From contig OZ220699.1 in assembly GCA_965116565.1 (NCBI GenBank), positions 57,837 to 121,836 of the forward strand: a DNA stretch of 64,000 bases, given 5' to 3'. Within the stretch, counting starts at the first letter, position 1. Every line of letters begins with the position of its first letter. This document shows, one piece after another, positions 7,552 to 17,382 of this stretch. The DNA comes from Dehalococcoidia bacterium. GTDB taxonomy: Bacteria > Chloroflexota > Dehalococcoidia > Lucifugimonadales > UBA3495. The translations under genes were made by a program, and so were the position numbers. The notes beneath the pieces were generated by a model. The model was not told the DNA's origin. It did no database searches and saw only the letters and a list, made by a program, of their open reading frames with translations.

Positions 7552-8663
7552 TGCTCGTACTGCCCCCGCACGATCGGGTCGGGGTCCAGTTCCAGCCACC
7601 GGTCCAGGATCGTCGCGTACGCGGACCGGAAGTCCGTCGTGAAGTGCATGTCCCCCTCCGAGTGGTCCTCCGGCCGCAGCGACGGGTACTCGCCATACAG
7701 CCCGCCGTTCACGCCGCCGCCGATCACGAACGCCACGCCGCCCGAGCCGTGGTCCGTCCCCGTGCCGTTGTCCCGTATGCGCCGCCCGAACTCCGAGAAC
7801 ACCAGGATCAGCGTGTCGTCCAGCATCCCGTGCTCCTCCAGGTCGCTGGTGAAGTCCGCGACGGCGGTGGACACGTCCGTCCACAGCTTGGCGTGCGCCG
7901 GCAGCTCGTTGCTGTGCGTGTCAAAGCTCCCGTGCATCGTGTAGTAGAACCGCGTGCCCAGGTCCGCCGACATCACCTGCGCCATGTTCCGCAGCGACTG
8001 GCTGATCGGCGTGTCCGCATACTCCACCGATGAGGAGTACAGATCCGGCGCCGAGCGCAGCCGGTCGGCGCCCTTCAGCGCGTTCGACCCCGTCTCCGAC
8101 AGCACCTGCGCCACCACGTCCTTGGTCTCCGTCGGCCCGTAGATCCTGCTGAACGCCTCCAGCGCGTACTGCCGCGACTTCTCGTCCTGGATGTCCGGCA
8201 TCAGCCCGTAGGTCTCCAGGTTCGCCACCGATGCGACGGGCACGCCCTTGCACACCATGGCCCTCGGCAGCCCCCGCCCGAAGTTCACCCCCGTCAGCAC
8301 GTTCTCGCCCCGGGCGTCCAGGTCCCGGATCGCCGCGCCCAGCCAGCCCTCGGCCCCGATCTTCTCCGACTCGCACGTGTACCACACGTCCCGCGACCGG
8401 AAGTGCGACCGGTTCGGGTTCGGGTACCCGACCCCGTTGATCACCGCGATGTTCCCCTGGTCCCACAGGTGCTTGATCGGCGCCAGGTTGGGGTTCAGCC
8501 CCACCTCGCCGTCCAGGTGCAGCACCTCCCCCTCGGGGATGCCCACGTTGCTGCGGAAGTCGTAGTAGAGGGGGTTGTTGTAGGGGATCACCGTGTTCAG
8601 GGCATCGTTGCCGCCCTGCAGCTCAATCACCACTACCGACCTTTCCCTGTTCGTGGAAGTCAT
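7536..8663 (-). CDS. DUF1501 family protein
   Basis: VIELQGGNDALNTVIPY, NRSHF, GSFDTH, FSEFGRR, GTDHG motifs. Confidence 0.9.
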   Translation of the reverse strand: MTSTNRERSVVVIELQGGNDALNTVIPYNNPLYYDFRSNVGIPEGEVLHLDGEVGLNPNLAPIKHLWDQGNIAVINGVGYPNPNRSHFRSRDVWYTCESEKIGAEGWLGAAIRDLDARGENVLTGVNFGRGLPRAMVCKGVPVASVANLETYGLMPDIQDEKSRQYALEAFSRIYGPTETKDVVAQVLSETGSNALKGADRLRSAPDLYSSSVEYADTPISQSLRNMAQVMSADLGTRFYYTMHGSFDTHSNELPAHAKLWTDVSTAVADFTSDLEEHGMLDDTLILVFSEFGRRIRDNGTGTDHGSGGVAFVIGGGVNGGLYGEYPSLRPEDHSEGDMHFTTDFRSAYATILDRWLELDPDPIVRGQYEQLAFL

Positions 8664-8743
8664 CGGGCTATCCTCCTGCTGCGCCTGTCTGTTTCCACCC
8701 TCGCCCCGGCCCCCTCCTTAATTAAGGAATAGCGACCTCAATT

Positions 8744-8836
8744 GGCGGAGTTCTCCAATCATCTCGTCTGCTTGATCTCGTCTGATTAATAATGAGTAGT
8801 GACCCGGCGGAGTTTTCCAATCATCTCGCCTGTTGA
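8744..8836. repeat. ~31-bp imperfect direct repeat duplicating the NHL gene 3' end
   Basis: ggcggagttctccaatcatctcgtctgcttga 8744-8775 vs ggcggagttttccaatcatctcgcctgttga 8806-8836 (stop at 8821-8823). Confidence 0.75.
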
Positions 8837-9849
8837 TACACCTGGATGCGGTGCCGGTTCGCCTCCGTCACGTACAGGTTCCCGTCCCGGTCCAGCTTGA
8901 CCGACACGGGCGACCAGAAATACTTTTCGATGTGCGACGATTCCTCGTGGGGGTCGTCCACAAAATACTCGATCTCGGGCTCCAGGTTGGCGCGGGAGCG
9001 GGCATCGCCCTCCTCCACGTTGATCGCCAGGAAGTTGGCCGCCCACGCGGACAGCGTCGCCTCGCCGCGCAGCTTCTGCACGAAGCCGCCGTCGCGGTCC
9101 AGCACCTGCACCCGCTCGTTGCCCCAGTCCGCCACGTAGATGTAGCCGTTGGGGTCCACCGCCACGCTCGACGGCCGGTGGAACTCGCCGTCGCCCCGGC
9201 CCGGTGTGCCGAACGACGCCAGGTGCGCCCCGTCGCCGGCGAATTTCTGCACCCGGTCATTCCCCCAGTCCGCCACGTACACGCAGCCGTCGCCGCCCAC
9301 CGTGATGCCCCACGGCAGGCTGAACTCGCCGGCTCCGTCGCCCTCTCGCCCGAAGGCCAGCAGGAACCGTCCGTCCGCCGTGAACTTCTGCACCCGGTGG
9401 TTGTAGGTGTCCGCCACGTACAGGTTGTCCTCCGCGTCGAACGCCAGCCCCGACGGCGTGTCCAGTTGACCCTCGCCGGCTCCGTGCTCGCCCCAGTGGG
9501 ACAGCGGCGCGCCCTCCCGGTCGAACACCGAGATCCGGTGCATCGCCTCGTCGCTCACGTACACCCGCCCCCGGCTGTCCAGCGCGCACCCCGACGGCCA
9601 GACGAACTGCCCGGCGCTCGTCCCGTAAGACGCGAACGTCCCGTAGTACTCGCTGTCGATGTCCAGCATGGTGACCCGCACGCCCCGGGTGACGTTCTCC
9701 AGCGAGCGGTTCGCCACGTACATCCGCCCGTCCTCGGCGATGGCAACGTCGGTCGGAGCGTAGAACCCCCGGCCCTCCATCGTGGTCATCCCCAGCGTCA
9801 TGCGGTATTCGAGGATCTTTACCTCGGGAATGTCCTGCACTGTGGTCAT
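8821..9849 (-). CDS. NHL-repeat beta-propeller protein
   Basis: Six F..P.GIA.D..G..YVAD..N.RVQKF-type repeats. Confidence 0.9.
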   Translation of the reverse strand: MTTVQDIPEVKILEYRMTLGMTTMEGRGFYAPTDVAIAEDGRMYVANRSLENVTRGVRVTMLDIDSEYYGTFASYGTSAGQFVWPSGCALDSRGRVYVSDEAMHRISVFDREGAPLSHWGEHGAGEGQLDTPSGLAFDAEDNLYVADTYNHRVQKFTADGRFLLAFGREGDGAGEFSLPWGITVGGDGCVYVADWGNDRVQKFAGDGAHLASFGTPGRGDGEFHRPSSVAVDPNGYIYVADWGNERVQVLDRDGGFVQKLRGEATLSAWAANFLAINVEEGDARSRANLEPEIEYFVDDPHEESSHIEKYFWSPVSVKLDRDGNLYVTEANRHRIQVYQQAR

Positions 9850-9885
9850 GTTCTTTTCACCAGTCTGTCATTTGCAGCGCGCCAA

Positions 9886-9913
9886 CCCGCTCATGGTGAG
9901 CCTGTCGAACCAT
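9886..9913 (+). repeat. ccgctcatggtgagcctgtcgaacc repeat copy
   Basis: Identical core to the copy at 7376; intergenic between DUF1800 and NHL. Confidence 0.85.
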
Positions 9914-9923
9914 GCACCCGCGC

Positions 9924-11336
9924 TTACGCCCGCTGGAACTCGTGAGTGGACGCCACCATCTGCAGCACCTCGGCGATGCGGCCGTGGCCAGCGTCGTCGG
10001 GCGAACCCGCCACCGAGGCGAAGTCCACCAGCTCCCGCCGCGTGTCCTCCGACACCTGGATCGCGCCCACCTGATCCAGGCACGCGTCCACCAGCATCTC
10101 CGGCGACACCGACGGCGTGTCCGCGATGCGCTGCACCATGGTTTGCACGCCCGGCTTGGCGGTGTCGCCCAGCTGCTGCGACGCGAAGTTGATGCGCTCC
10201 ACCAGCGAGCCGGTATCGATCCAGTCGGTGCCCTGGTGCCATCCCTCCACGCTGGGCGGGTTGTTCAGGAACTGCCCCATGAAGATGGACTGCTGGTACC
10301 GCTCCAGGATCTCCTTGCGGGGGCGGTCGAACTCGCCCGTGAGCCGCAGCACGCCGGCCACCAGCTCGACGGGGCTCTTCACCTTGCGGTACCACGCCGC
10401 CTCGTCCTTGAAACAGTCGGAGTTGAACAGGGCGCGCAGCATGGCGGTGATGTCGTACCCGCTGTCGAAGTACGCCTGCACCAGCAGGTCGATGGCGGCC
10501 GGGTCCTGCGGCTCGGTGTACGGCCACTCGGGCACCGGCGGCTCGTCGGCCACGAAGAAACTGTACATGTGCCGCGAGATGAACCGCGCCGTCGCCTCCT
10601 GCTGGCAGATGATGTCCACGATGTCGTCGCCGTTGAACGCGCCGCGCTGCCCCAGGAACTCCTTTTCGCCGTAGTCGTGGTCGTCATCCTGGAACTCAAA
10701 GTGCCACGCGATCCGCCCGTACGGCCAGTCCGAGTCGCGCATGGAGCGCAGTTCCATGTACTCGCGGTTGCCCAGCGTCCACCCGGTGAAGGCGCGGGCG
10801 CACTCCTGGACGTCCTGCTCGGTATAGTTGCCCACGCCCATGGAGAACAGTTCCAGCAGCTCGCGCCCGAAGTTCTCGTTGATGGCGTCCTTGTGGTTGT
10901 CCTGGTTGTCCAGCCAGATGATCATGGCCGGGTCCTGGGACAACTCCACCAGCAGCTCGCGGAAGCTGGCCATGCCCTTGTAGCGGAACATGCGGACCTG
11001 GTCGGACAGCGCCTTGCCGTGGATGACCTTGGGGTAGCCGGTGGCGAAGATGCCGTGCCAGAACAGGGCGACCTTTTCGCGCAGCGGCGTGGTGGTGGAC
11101 GCCATGCGGTACAGCCAGTTCTCGCCGGAGCCCAGCGTGCCCATCATGCCCGACAGCTCGGGATGGAACCGGCGGATCAGGTCGTCGCCCATTCGCCGCT
11201 CGTCGCGCTGGTCCAGCAGCATCTCCACCGTGGCCTCGTAGCCCTGGGCGGCGTAGGCGTCAAGCTGTTCGCGGGTCGCGCCGAATCCGGCCCGTCGCAT
11301 CAGATGGCCAATCAGTTCAACATCGCGGTTTGCCAT
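9924..11336 (-). CDS. DUF1800 family protein
   Basis: HLMRRAGFGA, LREKVALFWHG, DPAMIIWLDN, NENFGRELLELFSMG, ARAFTGW, KSPVE, PPSVEGW. Confidence 0.92.
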   Translation of the reverse strand: MANRDVELIGHLMRRAGFGATREQLDAYAAQGYEATVEMLLDQRDERRMGDDLIRRFHPELSGMMGTLGSGENWLYRMASTTTPLREKVALFWHGIFATGYPKVIHGKALSDQVRMFRYKGMASFRELLVELSQDPAMIIWLDNQDNHKDAINENFGRELLELFSMGVGNYTEQDVQECARAFTGWTLGNREYMELRSMRDSDWPYGRIAWHFEFQDDDHDYGEKEFLGQRGAFNGDDIVDIICQQEATARFISRHMYSFFVADEPPVPEWPYTEPQDPAAIDLLVQAYFDSGYDITAMLRALFNSDCFKDEAAWYRKVKSPVELVAGVLRLTGEFDRPRKEILERYQQSIFMGQFLNNPPSVEGWHQGTDWIDTGSLVERINFASQQLGDTAKPGVQTMVQRIADTPSVSPEMLVDACLDQVGAIQVSEDTRRELVDFASVAGSPDDAGHGRIAEVLQMVASTHEFQRA

Positions 11337-11629
11337 GTATCTTCCCTCCGATCATGTCGCAGGTTTGCTAAGGGATGCGCTGGGCACCAAACATCACACC
11401 GCGCATCACAGGATCACTATCCATATAAAGGAACGCCCCACCACGAGGGTGGCACATTTCCGCAATCATACTCGAACCGCAGCCGGATTTCCAGATGCGG
11501 GGATGGGCCTTTACACCGACGGACAAGGGTTTGGGAAGTGAGGCTTGATAGAATGGTTTGGCTTGATGGATCGGTTGCGGGTTCGGACGGCGATTGCGGT
11601 ATCTAGCCCAAACAATGGGAAGCGATCAA

Positions 11630-12013
11630 ATGGAATACAACGGCTATCACGCGGTTGTCACCTTCGATGATGACGTAGGCATCCTGCACGGCGAGGTGAT
11701 AGATACTCGCGACGTGATCACCTTCCAGGGCAAATCCGTCGACGAACTGCGACAGGCTTTCAGGGATTCAGTAGAGGAGTACCTGAAAATCTGTGCCGAG
11801 CGAAATCGCGAGCCGGACAAGCCCTTCTCCGGCCGCGTGGTCCTCCGCATGGAACCCGAAATCCACAGAGCCGCGGTCACAGCAGCCAAGTCCAACGGGC
11901 AAAGCCTGAACTCCTGGATCGTAGGCACGATCAAGGGCGAATTGGCAGGCGACAACAGTGGGCGTCAAAACGGTGCTCGCGTTCTGCCTGCATCAAATGA
12001 TCCGGTTCAGTAG
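11630..12013 (+). CDS. hicB: HicB-family antitoxin
   Basis: MEYNGY.A.V.FD...G.LHGEVI..RDVITFQG.SV.EL..AF.DSV..YL..C......PDKPFSG...LR..PEIH. Confidence 0.85.
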   Translation: MEYNGYHAVVTFDDDVGILHGEVIDTRDVITFQGKSVDELRQAFRDSVEEYLKICAERNREPDKPFSGRVVLRMEPEIHRAAVTAAKSNGQSLNSWIVGTIKGELAGDNSGRQNGARVLPASNDPVQ

Positions 12014-12167
12014 ACGCTGATTGACTGAAACGACGCAACCGCCGGGACTCGACCACTCGAGTCCATCGGCAAGTTGAAAACCTTCTCCGACTGCGTAGTA
12101 AGCAAGACTACTCAATATGGTGTGGTAGACTCCACTGACCTCCTGCGGACCACTGCTACGGTATTGC

Positions 12168-13499
12168 ATGTCGACTGAAACTCTCGGAAACACCGTAGCT
12201 GACCCTATTGACCGGAATAAGATATTGCCGGAAGACAGGGCTGTGCATGCCTGGTACCGGTTCGTCCTTTCGTTCCCGCCGCATTTGGTTCGGCATTATC
12301 TGGAACGGCTGGACGTAGATTCCTCTGACACCGTTTTGGACCCGTTTTGTGGCACCGGGACGACGTTGGTGGAGTGTAAAAAACTGGGCATCGCTAGCGT
12401 GGGGATAGAGTCCAATCCGATGGCCGCCTTTGCAAGTTCCGCAAAGGTCGATTGGTCCGCAGACCCTCGAATGCTTGAGAGGTATGCAGAGGTGGTGGTG
12501 TCAACTGCGCTGAAGAAGATTGAGGACATCCCGACGAACGCCCAGATTTCCCTTCCGCTGGATGGGGTCTGTGAAAACGGAGAACAGCTTCTGCGCCAAC
12601 TCGAACCCGAGCAGATGAAGCTCTTGCTGAAGGATTCCATAAGTCCGTTGCCGTTGCATAAGACCCTGGTGCTCTTGGACGAAATAGATCGGCGTGGCGA
12701 CCCTGAACTGCGCCAATTTGGTCGATTGGCGCTGGCCAATGAACTGGCCTACCGGATAAGCAATTTGAAATTCGGCCCCGAGGTGGGATTGGGGCGAATC
12801 AAGGTTGACGCCCCTGTGATGCACGTTTGGCTGGATGGAATGCGTGAGATCGCCTCTGATATCAGCAACGTGAGCGACCGCGTCGGCGTAGCTGCTCAGG
12901 TCTTCAGGGCAGACTCCCGCGATATGCACAAAATCCTGGCGCCCAATTCGATTGACGCGGTGATAACGTCGCCCCCGTATCCCAACGAGAAAGACTATAC
13001 GCGGACGACGCGCCTAGAGTCCGTGATCCTTGGGTTGATAAAGGACAGACAGCAGTTGCGGTCTCTAAAACAAGATTTGATCCGTTCCAACACCAGAGGT
13101 GTGTATAAATCCGACACGGATGATCTGGTGGTCGAAGCGCACGACGGGATACAAGAAATCGCGGACGCCATTGAGCGCCGGCGCGTTGAACTTGGCAAGA
13201 CTTCGGGTTTTGAGCGGCTTTATCCCCGCGTCACGCGACTCTATTTCGGCGGCATGACGAGACATCTGGCCTCTCTGCGTCCGATTCTTCGGCCTGGCGC
13301 AAAGCTGGCTTATGTTGTAGGCGACCAGGCGTCGTATTTGAGGGTGATGATCCGTACGGGCCGGATTGTCGCCGAACTCGCGGAATCCCTCGGCTACCGG
13401 GTGATTGGTGTAGACCTTTTCCGGACGAGGCTATCGACCGTTACCGGTGAACAACTTCGTGAGGAAGTCGTTCTCCTTGAATGGAAAGGTTCCCAGTAG
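12168..13499 (+). CDS. Site-specific DNA amino-methyltransferase (probably N4-cytosine)
   Basis: Motif I DPFCGTGTT near the N-terminus, motif IV TSPPY later; lower GC than flanks. Confidence 0.88.
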   Translation: MSTETLGNTVADPIDRNKILPEDRAVHAWYRFVLSFPPHLVRHYLERLDVDSSDTVLDPFCGTGTTLVECKKLGIASVGIESNPMAAFASSAKVDWSADPRMLERYAEVVVSTALKKIEDIPTNAQISLPLDGVCENGEQLLRQLEPEQMKLLLKDSISPLPLHKTLVLLDEIDRRGDPELRQFGRLALANELAYRISNLKFGPEVGLGRIKVDAPVMHVWLDGMREIASDISNVSDRVGVAAQVFRADSRDMHKILAPNSIDAVITSPPYPNEKDYTRTTRLESVILGLIKDRQQLRSLKQDLIRSNTRGVYKSDTDDLVVEAHDGIQEIADAIERRRVELGKTSGFERLYPRVTRLYFGGMTRHLASLRPILRPGAKLAYVVGDQASYLRVMIRTGRIVAELAESLGYRVIGVDLFRTRLSTVTGEQLREEVVLLEWKGSQ

Positions 13500-13514
13500 C
13501 AAGGGTACGCCGCC

Positions 13515-14318
13515 ATGCCCCGGGCGAACCGTTATTCAAGAATTATTGAGGCCATCTTCCGCTCCAAATATCAGGACGGGAACCGCGAGGTGGAATTTGA
13601 GCGGCCTGACATAGTTACATGTGCTGCCGCTCTCAACATCAACCTTCCCAAGAATCTTGGGGACGTCATCTACAGTTTTCGGTACAGGACGCAATTGCCT
13701 GACAGCATCCTGAACCTGGCGCCCGAAGGGGAAACGTGGATCATCAGGCCCGCAGGGCGAGCCAGGTACAGGCTGGTTTTGGTAACGGACTTGCCCTTAA
13801 TTGCGAACCCGAACCTGTCGGTGACGAAAATTCCCGATGCTACCCCGGGGATTATCGCGAAGTACGCCTTCAGTGATGAGCAAGCGCTTTTGGCCCGTGT
13901 CAGATACAACCGGTTGATCGATGTGTTTCTGGGCCTTGCTTGTTACTCGTTGCAGAACCACCTCAGGACCACCGTGTCCGGAATGGGGCAGGTGGAGACC
14001 GATGAGATTTACGTTGGTGTCGACAAGAGTGGGTCCCAATACGCGGTGCCAGTACAGGCGAAAGGAGGCAACGACAGACTCAACCGGGTCCAGATCGAAC
14101 AAGACATCGCTATCTGCACCGAAAAACTGCCTACACTAATTTGCCGGCCGGTCGGGGCGCAGTTCATGGATGACGAGACAATCGCCCTGTTCGAGTTCGA
14201 ACGGCAAGGTGACGACATCAGAGTCTCCTCAGAAAGGCACTATCAACTTGTGCCGCCCGAATCCATTACGGAGCAAGACTTGATCTCATATCGTCAGCGT
14301 TTGGGCGATAGGGCGTAA
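13515..14318 (+). CDS. Putative restriction endonuclease (PD-(D/E)xK-like)
   Basis: Directly downstream of the MTase; QVETDEIYVG...PVQAKG catalytic-like pattern. Confidence 0.65.
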   Translation: MPRANRYSRIIEAIFRSKYQDGNREVEFERPDIVTCAAALNINLPKNLGDVIYSFRYRTQLPDSILNLAPEGETWIIRPAGRARYRLVLVTDLPLIANPNLSVTKIPDATPGIIAKYAFSDEQALLARVRYNRLIDVFLGLACYSLQNHLRTTVSGMGQVETDEIYVGVDKSGSQYAVPVQAKGGNDRLNRVQIEQDIAICTEKLPTLICRPVGAQFMDDETIALFEFERQGDDIRVSSERHYQLVPPESITEQDLISYRQRLGDRA

Positions 14319-14378
14319 ACGAAGACCGAATCCCACCATGTACAATGCCCCCATCCAACCCAACCCACGTAGGGAGCC

Positions 14379-15935
14379 ATGCCCATGAAATACGACCACA
14401 TCGTTGTCGGCGGCGGGACGGCCGGGTGCATCGTCGCTGCCCGCCTCTCCGAGGATCCTGACCGCTCCGTGCTGCTGCTGGAGGCGGGGCCGGACTATCC
14501 CGATTTCAACCACCTGCCCGAGATGCTCAAGCTGGGCTGGGGCACTGTGAACCTGGAGGCCCGCGCCGCCGGTTCGCCCTTCAACTGGTCCTTCACCGGC
14601 ACGGCCACGCCGGAGCAGGACGCCATGCCCGTGCCGCGCGGCCGCGTGCTGGGCGGTTCCAGCGCCATCAACGGCCAGACCTTCATCCGCGGCGCACCCG
14701 AGGACTACGACACCTGGGAGTCATGGGGCAACGAGGGCTGGGGTTACGTGGACTGCCTGCCCTACTTCCGTCGCCTGGAGAACGATGCCGACTTCCACGA
14801 CGACTTCCACGGCACCGACGGGCCGGTTCCCGTGCGGCATCACCAGCGCGAGACCTGGCCGCCGTCCCAGGAGGCGTTCTTCCAGGCCGCCACCGGAGCC
14901 GGTTACCCGTTCCATCCCGACGTGAATAATCCGGAGGCCACCGGCGTCAGCCTGCGCGCCGAGAACAACATCGACGGCGTGCGCATGAGCATGGCCCTGT
15001 GCTACGTCGACATGGCGCGACACCGCCTCAACCTGACCATCCGCCCCAACGCCCAGGCCCGCCGCGTCGTGCTGGAGCATGACGGGGCAGGCTCACCACG
15101 AGCGGTCGGGATGGAGGTCGAGAGCGGCGGCGAGACCTTCGTCGTCGAGGGCGACGAGATCATCCTGTGCACCGGCGCCGTCGGCTCGCCCCAACTGCTC
15201 ATGCTGTCGGGCATCGGCCCCGCCGACCAACTGCGGACGCACGGTATCCCCGTCGTCGTCGAGTCGCCCGGCGTGGGCCAGAACATGCGCGACCACCCCA
15301 ACGTGTCGGTGCGCTACATGGTCAGGGAGGGCGTTCCCCAGGACCCCAACGGCATGCGCGCCCTGCGCCTGCGTTACACCGCCACCGGCTCCGACACGCC
15401 CAACGACATGATCCTGTCGCCGGCGTCGCTGAACACCGTGGTGCGGGACGACAACCCGGCCCACACCGTCAACTGCGGCCTGTACCTGGCGGCCGGCAAG
15501 GGCGAGTTGCGGCTCGAGTCCGCCGACCCCCACGTGCAGCCCAGCATGGACTACCGCTACCTGGAGGAGGACTGGGACCGGCAGCGGCTGCGGGAGGCCG
15601 TCCGCCTCTGCGTGTCGCTGCTTCAGAACAGCGCCTACGACGACATCATCGACGAGATCACCGCGCCCACGGCGGCCGACCTGGAATCCAACGAGACGCT
15701 GGATGCGTGGCTGCGCCGCAACATCAGCACGTCGTATCACATCTCCGGCACCTGCAAGATGGGGCCGGACGACGATGCCATGGCCGTGGTGGATACGAAC
15801 CTACGCGTGCGCGGCGTCGCCGGCCTGCGGGTCGCGGATGCGTCGATCATGCCGGACGTGGTGCGCGCCAACACCAACGTCACCACCATGATGATCGCCG
15901 AGCGTGTCGCCGAGTTCATCAAGTCGGGGAATTAG
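14379..15935 (+). CDS. GMC oxidoreductase (choline dehydrogenase/MftG-like)
   Basis: IVVGGGTAG FAD motif, RGRVLGGSSAING, SPQLLMLSGIG, HISGTCKMG, GLRVADASIMP. Confidence 0.92.
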   Translation: MPMKYDHIVVGGGTAGCIVAARLSEDPDRSVLLLEAGPDYPDFNHLPEMLKLGWGTVNLEARAAGSPFNWSFTGTATPEQDAMPVPRGRVLGGSSAINGQTFIRGAPEDYDTWESWGNEGWGYVDCLPYFRRLENDADFHDDFHGTDGPVPVRHHQRETWPPSQEAFFQAATGAGYPFHPDVNNPEATGVSLRAENNIDGVRMSMALCYVDMARHRLNLTIRPNAQARRVVLEHDGAGSPRAVGMEVESGGETFVVEGDEIILCTGAVGSPQLLMLSGIGPADQLRTHGIPVVVESPGVGQNMRDHPNVSVRYMVREGVPQDPNGMRALRLRYTATGSDTPNDMILSPASLNTVVRDDNPAHTVNCGLYLAAGKGELRLESADPHVQPSMDYRYLEEDWDRQRLREAVRLCVSLLQNSAYDDIIDEITAPTAADLESNETLDAWLRRNISTSYHISGTCKMGPDDDAMAVVDTNLRVRGVAGLRVADASIMPDVVRANTNVTTMMIAERVAEFIKSGN

Positions 15936-16455
15936 CGGCGGCAACCAAATCCTCGTTGGAGCCGACGATGTGATTGCCTAGGCACGGCTCGAATAGACGT
16001 TGGTACTCGGCTATCTGGAGGTCTATGTCGCAGCCATCCTGCGCCTGGACCTCCACCTCAAATATCCGGCCGACGCCCTCCACCGTGTCCAGGTTGAATA
16101 CGACGTTGTCTTTCGCCCACAACTCCCGCTGCTTGCGGACGACTGCGCTGATGCCCAGCGCGGCCTCCAGCAGTTCTTTCATTGAGGGATCGTTGGCTTC
16201 CGCCGTCTGAAATCGGCTGGTGCGGGCGCCCCTATCCTGACCCTCGCAATAGTAGATCAGCTCGCCTTTGCCGTCCTCGATGCGGAGTTTGAGGCGGCGC
16301 GTGCCGCCGTCTGCATCCACGGGCGGCAGGCGGTAGTAGTAGTCCACCTGCTCCTTGACCTCGACGAGCGCCGCGCCGTGGTCGCGCAGCAGCCGGCGGA
16401 TGGGGGCGAAATTGTCGCAGTACGCCTTCAGTTCCCGGTTCAGTCGGAAGGTCAT
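15919..16455 (-). CDS. CYTH / class IV adenylate cyclase family protein
   Basis: N.ELKA, Q.DYYY, RLKLR, V.KQREL, LDTVEGVG.IFEVE. Confidence 0.82.
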   Translation of the reverse strand: MTFRLNRELKAYCDNFAPIRRLLRDHGAALVEVKEQVDYYYRLPPVDADGGTRRLKLRIEDGKGELIYYCEGQDRGARTSRFQTAEANDPSMKELLEAALGISAVVRKQRELWAKDNVVFNLDTVEGVGRIFEVEVQAQDGCDIDLQIAEYQRLFEPCLGNHIVGSNEDLVAAANSPT

Positions 16456-17366
16456 GGGCCCGGCGCGTCGGCTCTCAACGCGGCGATGCCCTCCGCCAGC
16501 CCCGGGTGTTCCAGATTCAGCCGGCGCATGGTTTGGGCGCTGTCCAGGCCCAGCAGGTCGGGCCGGCTTGATTCTCCGGCGCGAGCCCGACTATCGGCGT
16601 CCACCGGTTGCACCAGGTTCTCGTCCAGTTGGAACGTCCGCGCTATGGCCAGGGCGAAGTCGTACATGCTCACCCAGTCGCGGCCGGCGATGTGCAGAAT
16701 GCCCGGGCAATCCAGTCCGACCATCCTCGCGATGCCGTCCACCAGGTGCTCCACGTACACCGGCGTTCGCATGACATCGGTGGGGGCGAGGTAGGGCCGG
16801 CCGTTGCGGAGGTTCTCGATGAGCCACGGGGCGAAGTTGCGCTGCCCCGGCTCTGGCCATCCGTACACGATGCTGGTGCGAACGATGCTCCAGGATTCGG
16901 TCTCCCAGGCCACCTCCTGCTCAGCCTCCCACTTGGTACGACCATAGTGGGTGTTGGGTCTTGGGGTTCTGTCCTCCCGGTACGGTCCGCCCTCGCCGTC
17001 GTACACGTACTCCGTGGACACGAAAATCAGCCTTGACCCGTGCTGCTCACAGAGCCTCGCAATGGTTGCCGTTGCGGTCACATTGACGGCAGTGGCGCGC
17101 TCGGGTTCCCGCTCCGCCGTCCCAACGTCGGCCATGGCCGCCAGATGGATCACCAACTGCGGCCGGACCTGCTCGAACAGCGACTCCAGGGCGCCCGTAT
17201 CCGTGAGTTCCACCTGATGCCACGCGTTGCCATCGTCGGCGGGAGGCTGGGACCGGTAGGTGCCGGCCACTTCATGGTCCGGCGACGCGCCGAGGCGCCG
17301 CATCAGGTATCGTCCGATGAAGCCGCTGGCTCCGATTACCAGGACGCGCAAGTTGCACCTGCCCAA
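16452..17366 (-). CDS. RmlD-like SDR (dTDP-4-dehydrorhamnose reductase family)
   Basis: GASGFIG, HLAA, STEYVYDG, YGRTKWEAE, RTSIVYG. Confidence 0.85.
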   Translation of the reverse strand: MGRCNLRVLVIGASGFIGRYLMRRLGASPDHEVAGTYRSQPPADDGNAWHQVELTDTGALESLFEQVRPQLVIHLAAMADVGTAEREPERATAVNVTATATIARLCEQHGSRLIFVSTEYVYDGEGGPYREDRTPRPNTHYGRTKWEAEQEVAWETESWSIVRTSIVYGWPEPGQRNFAPWLIENLRNGRPYLAPTDVMRTPVYVEHLVDGIARMVGLDCPGILHIAGRDWVSMYDFALAIARTFQLDENLVQPVDADSRARAGESSRPDLLGLDSAQTMRRLNLEHPGLAEGIAALRADAPGP

Positions 17367-17382
17367 TGTCGATTCGTGGTGG

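Noticed and set aside
11335-11600. hicA toxin upstream of hicB
   Set aside because: No frame shows a HicA-like GS...H.PH pattern.
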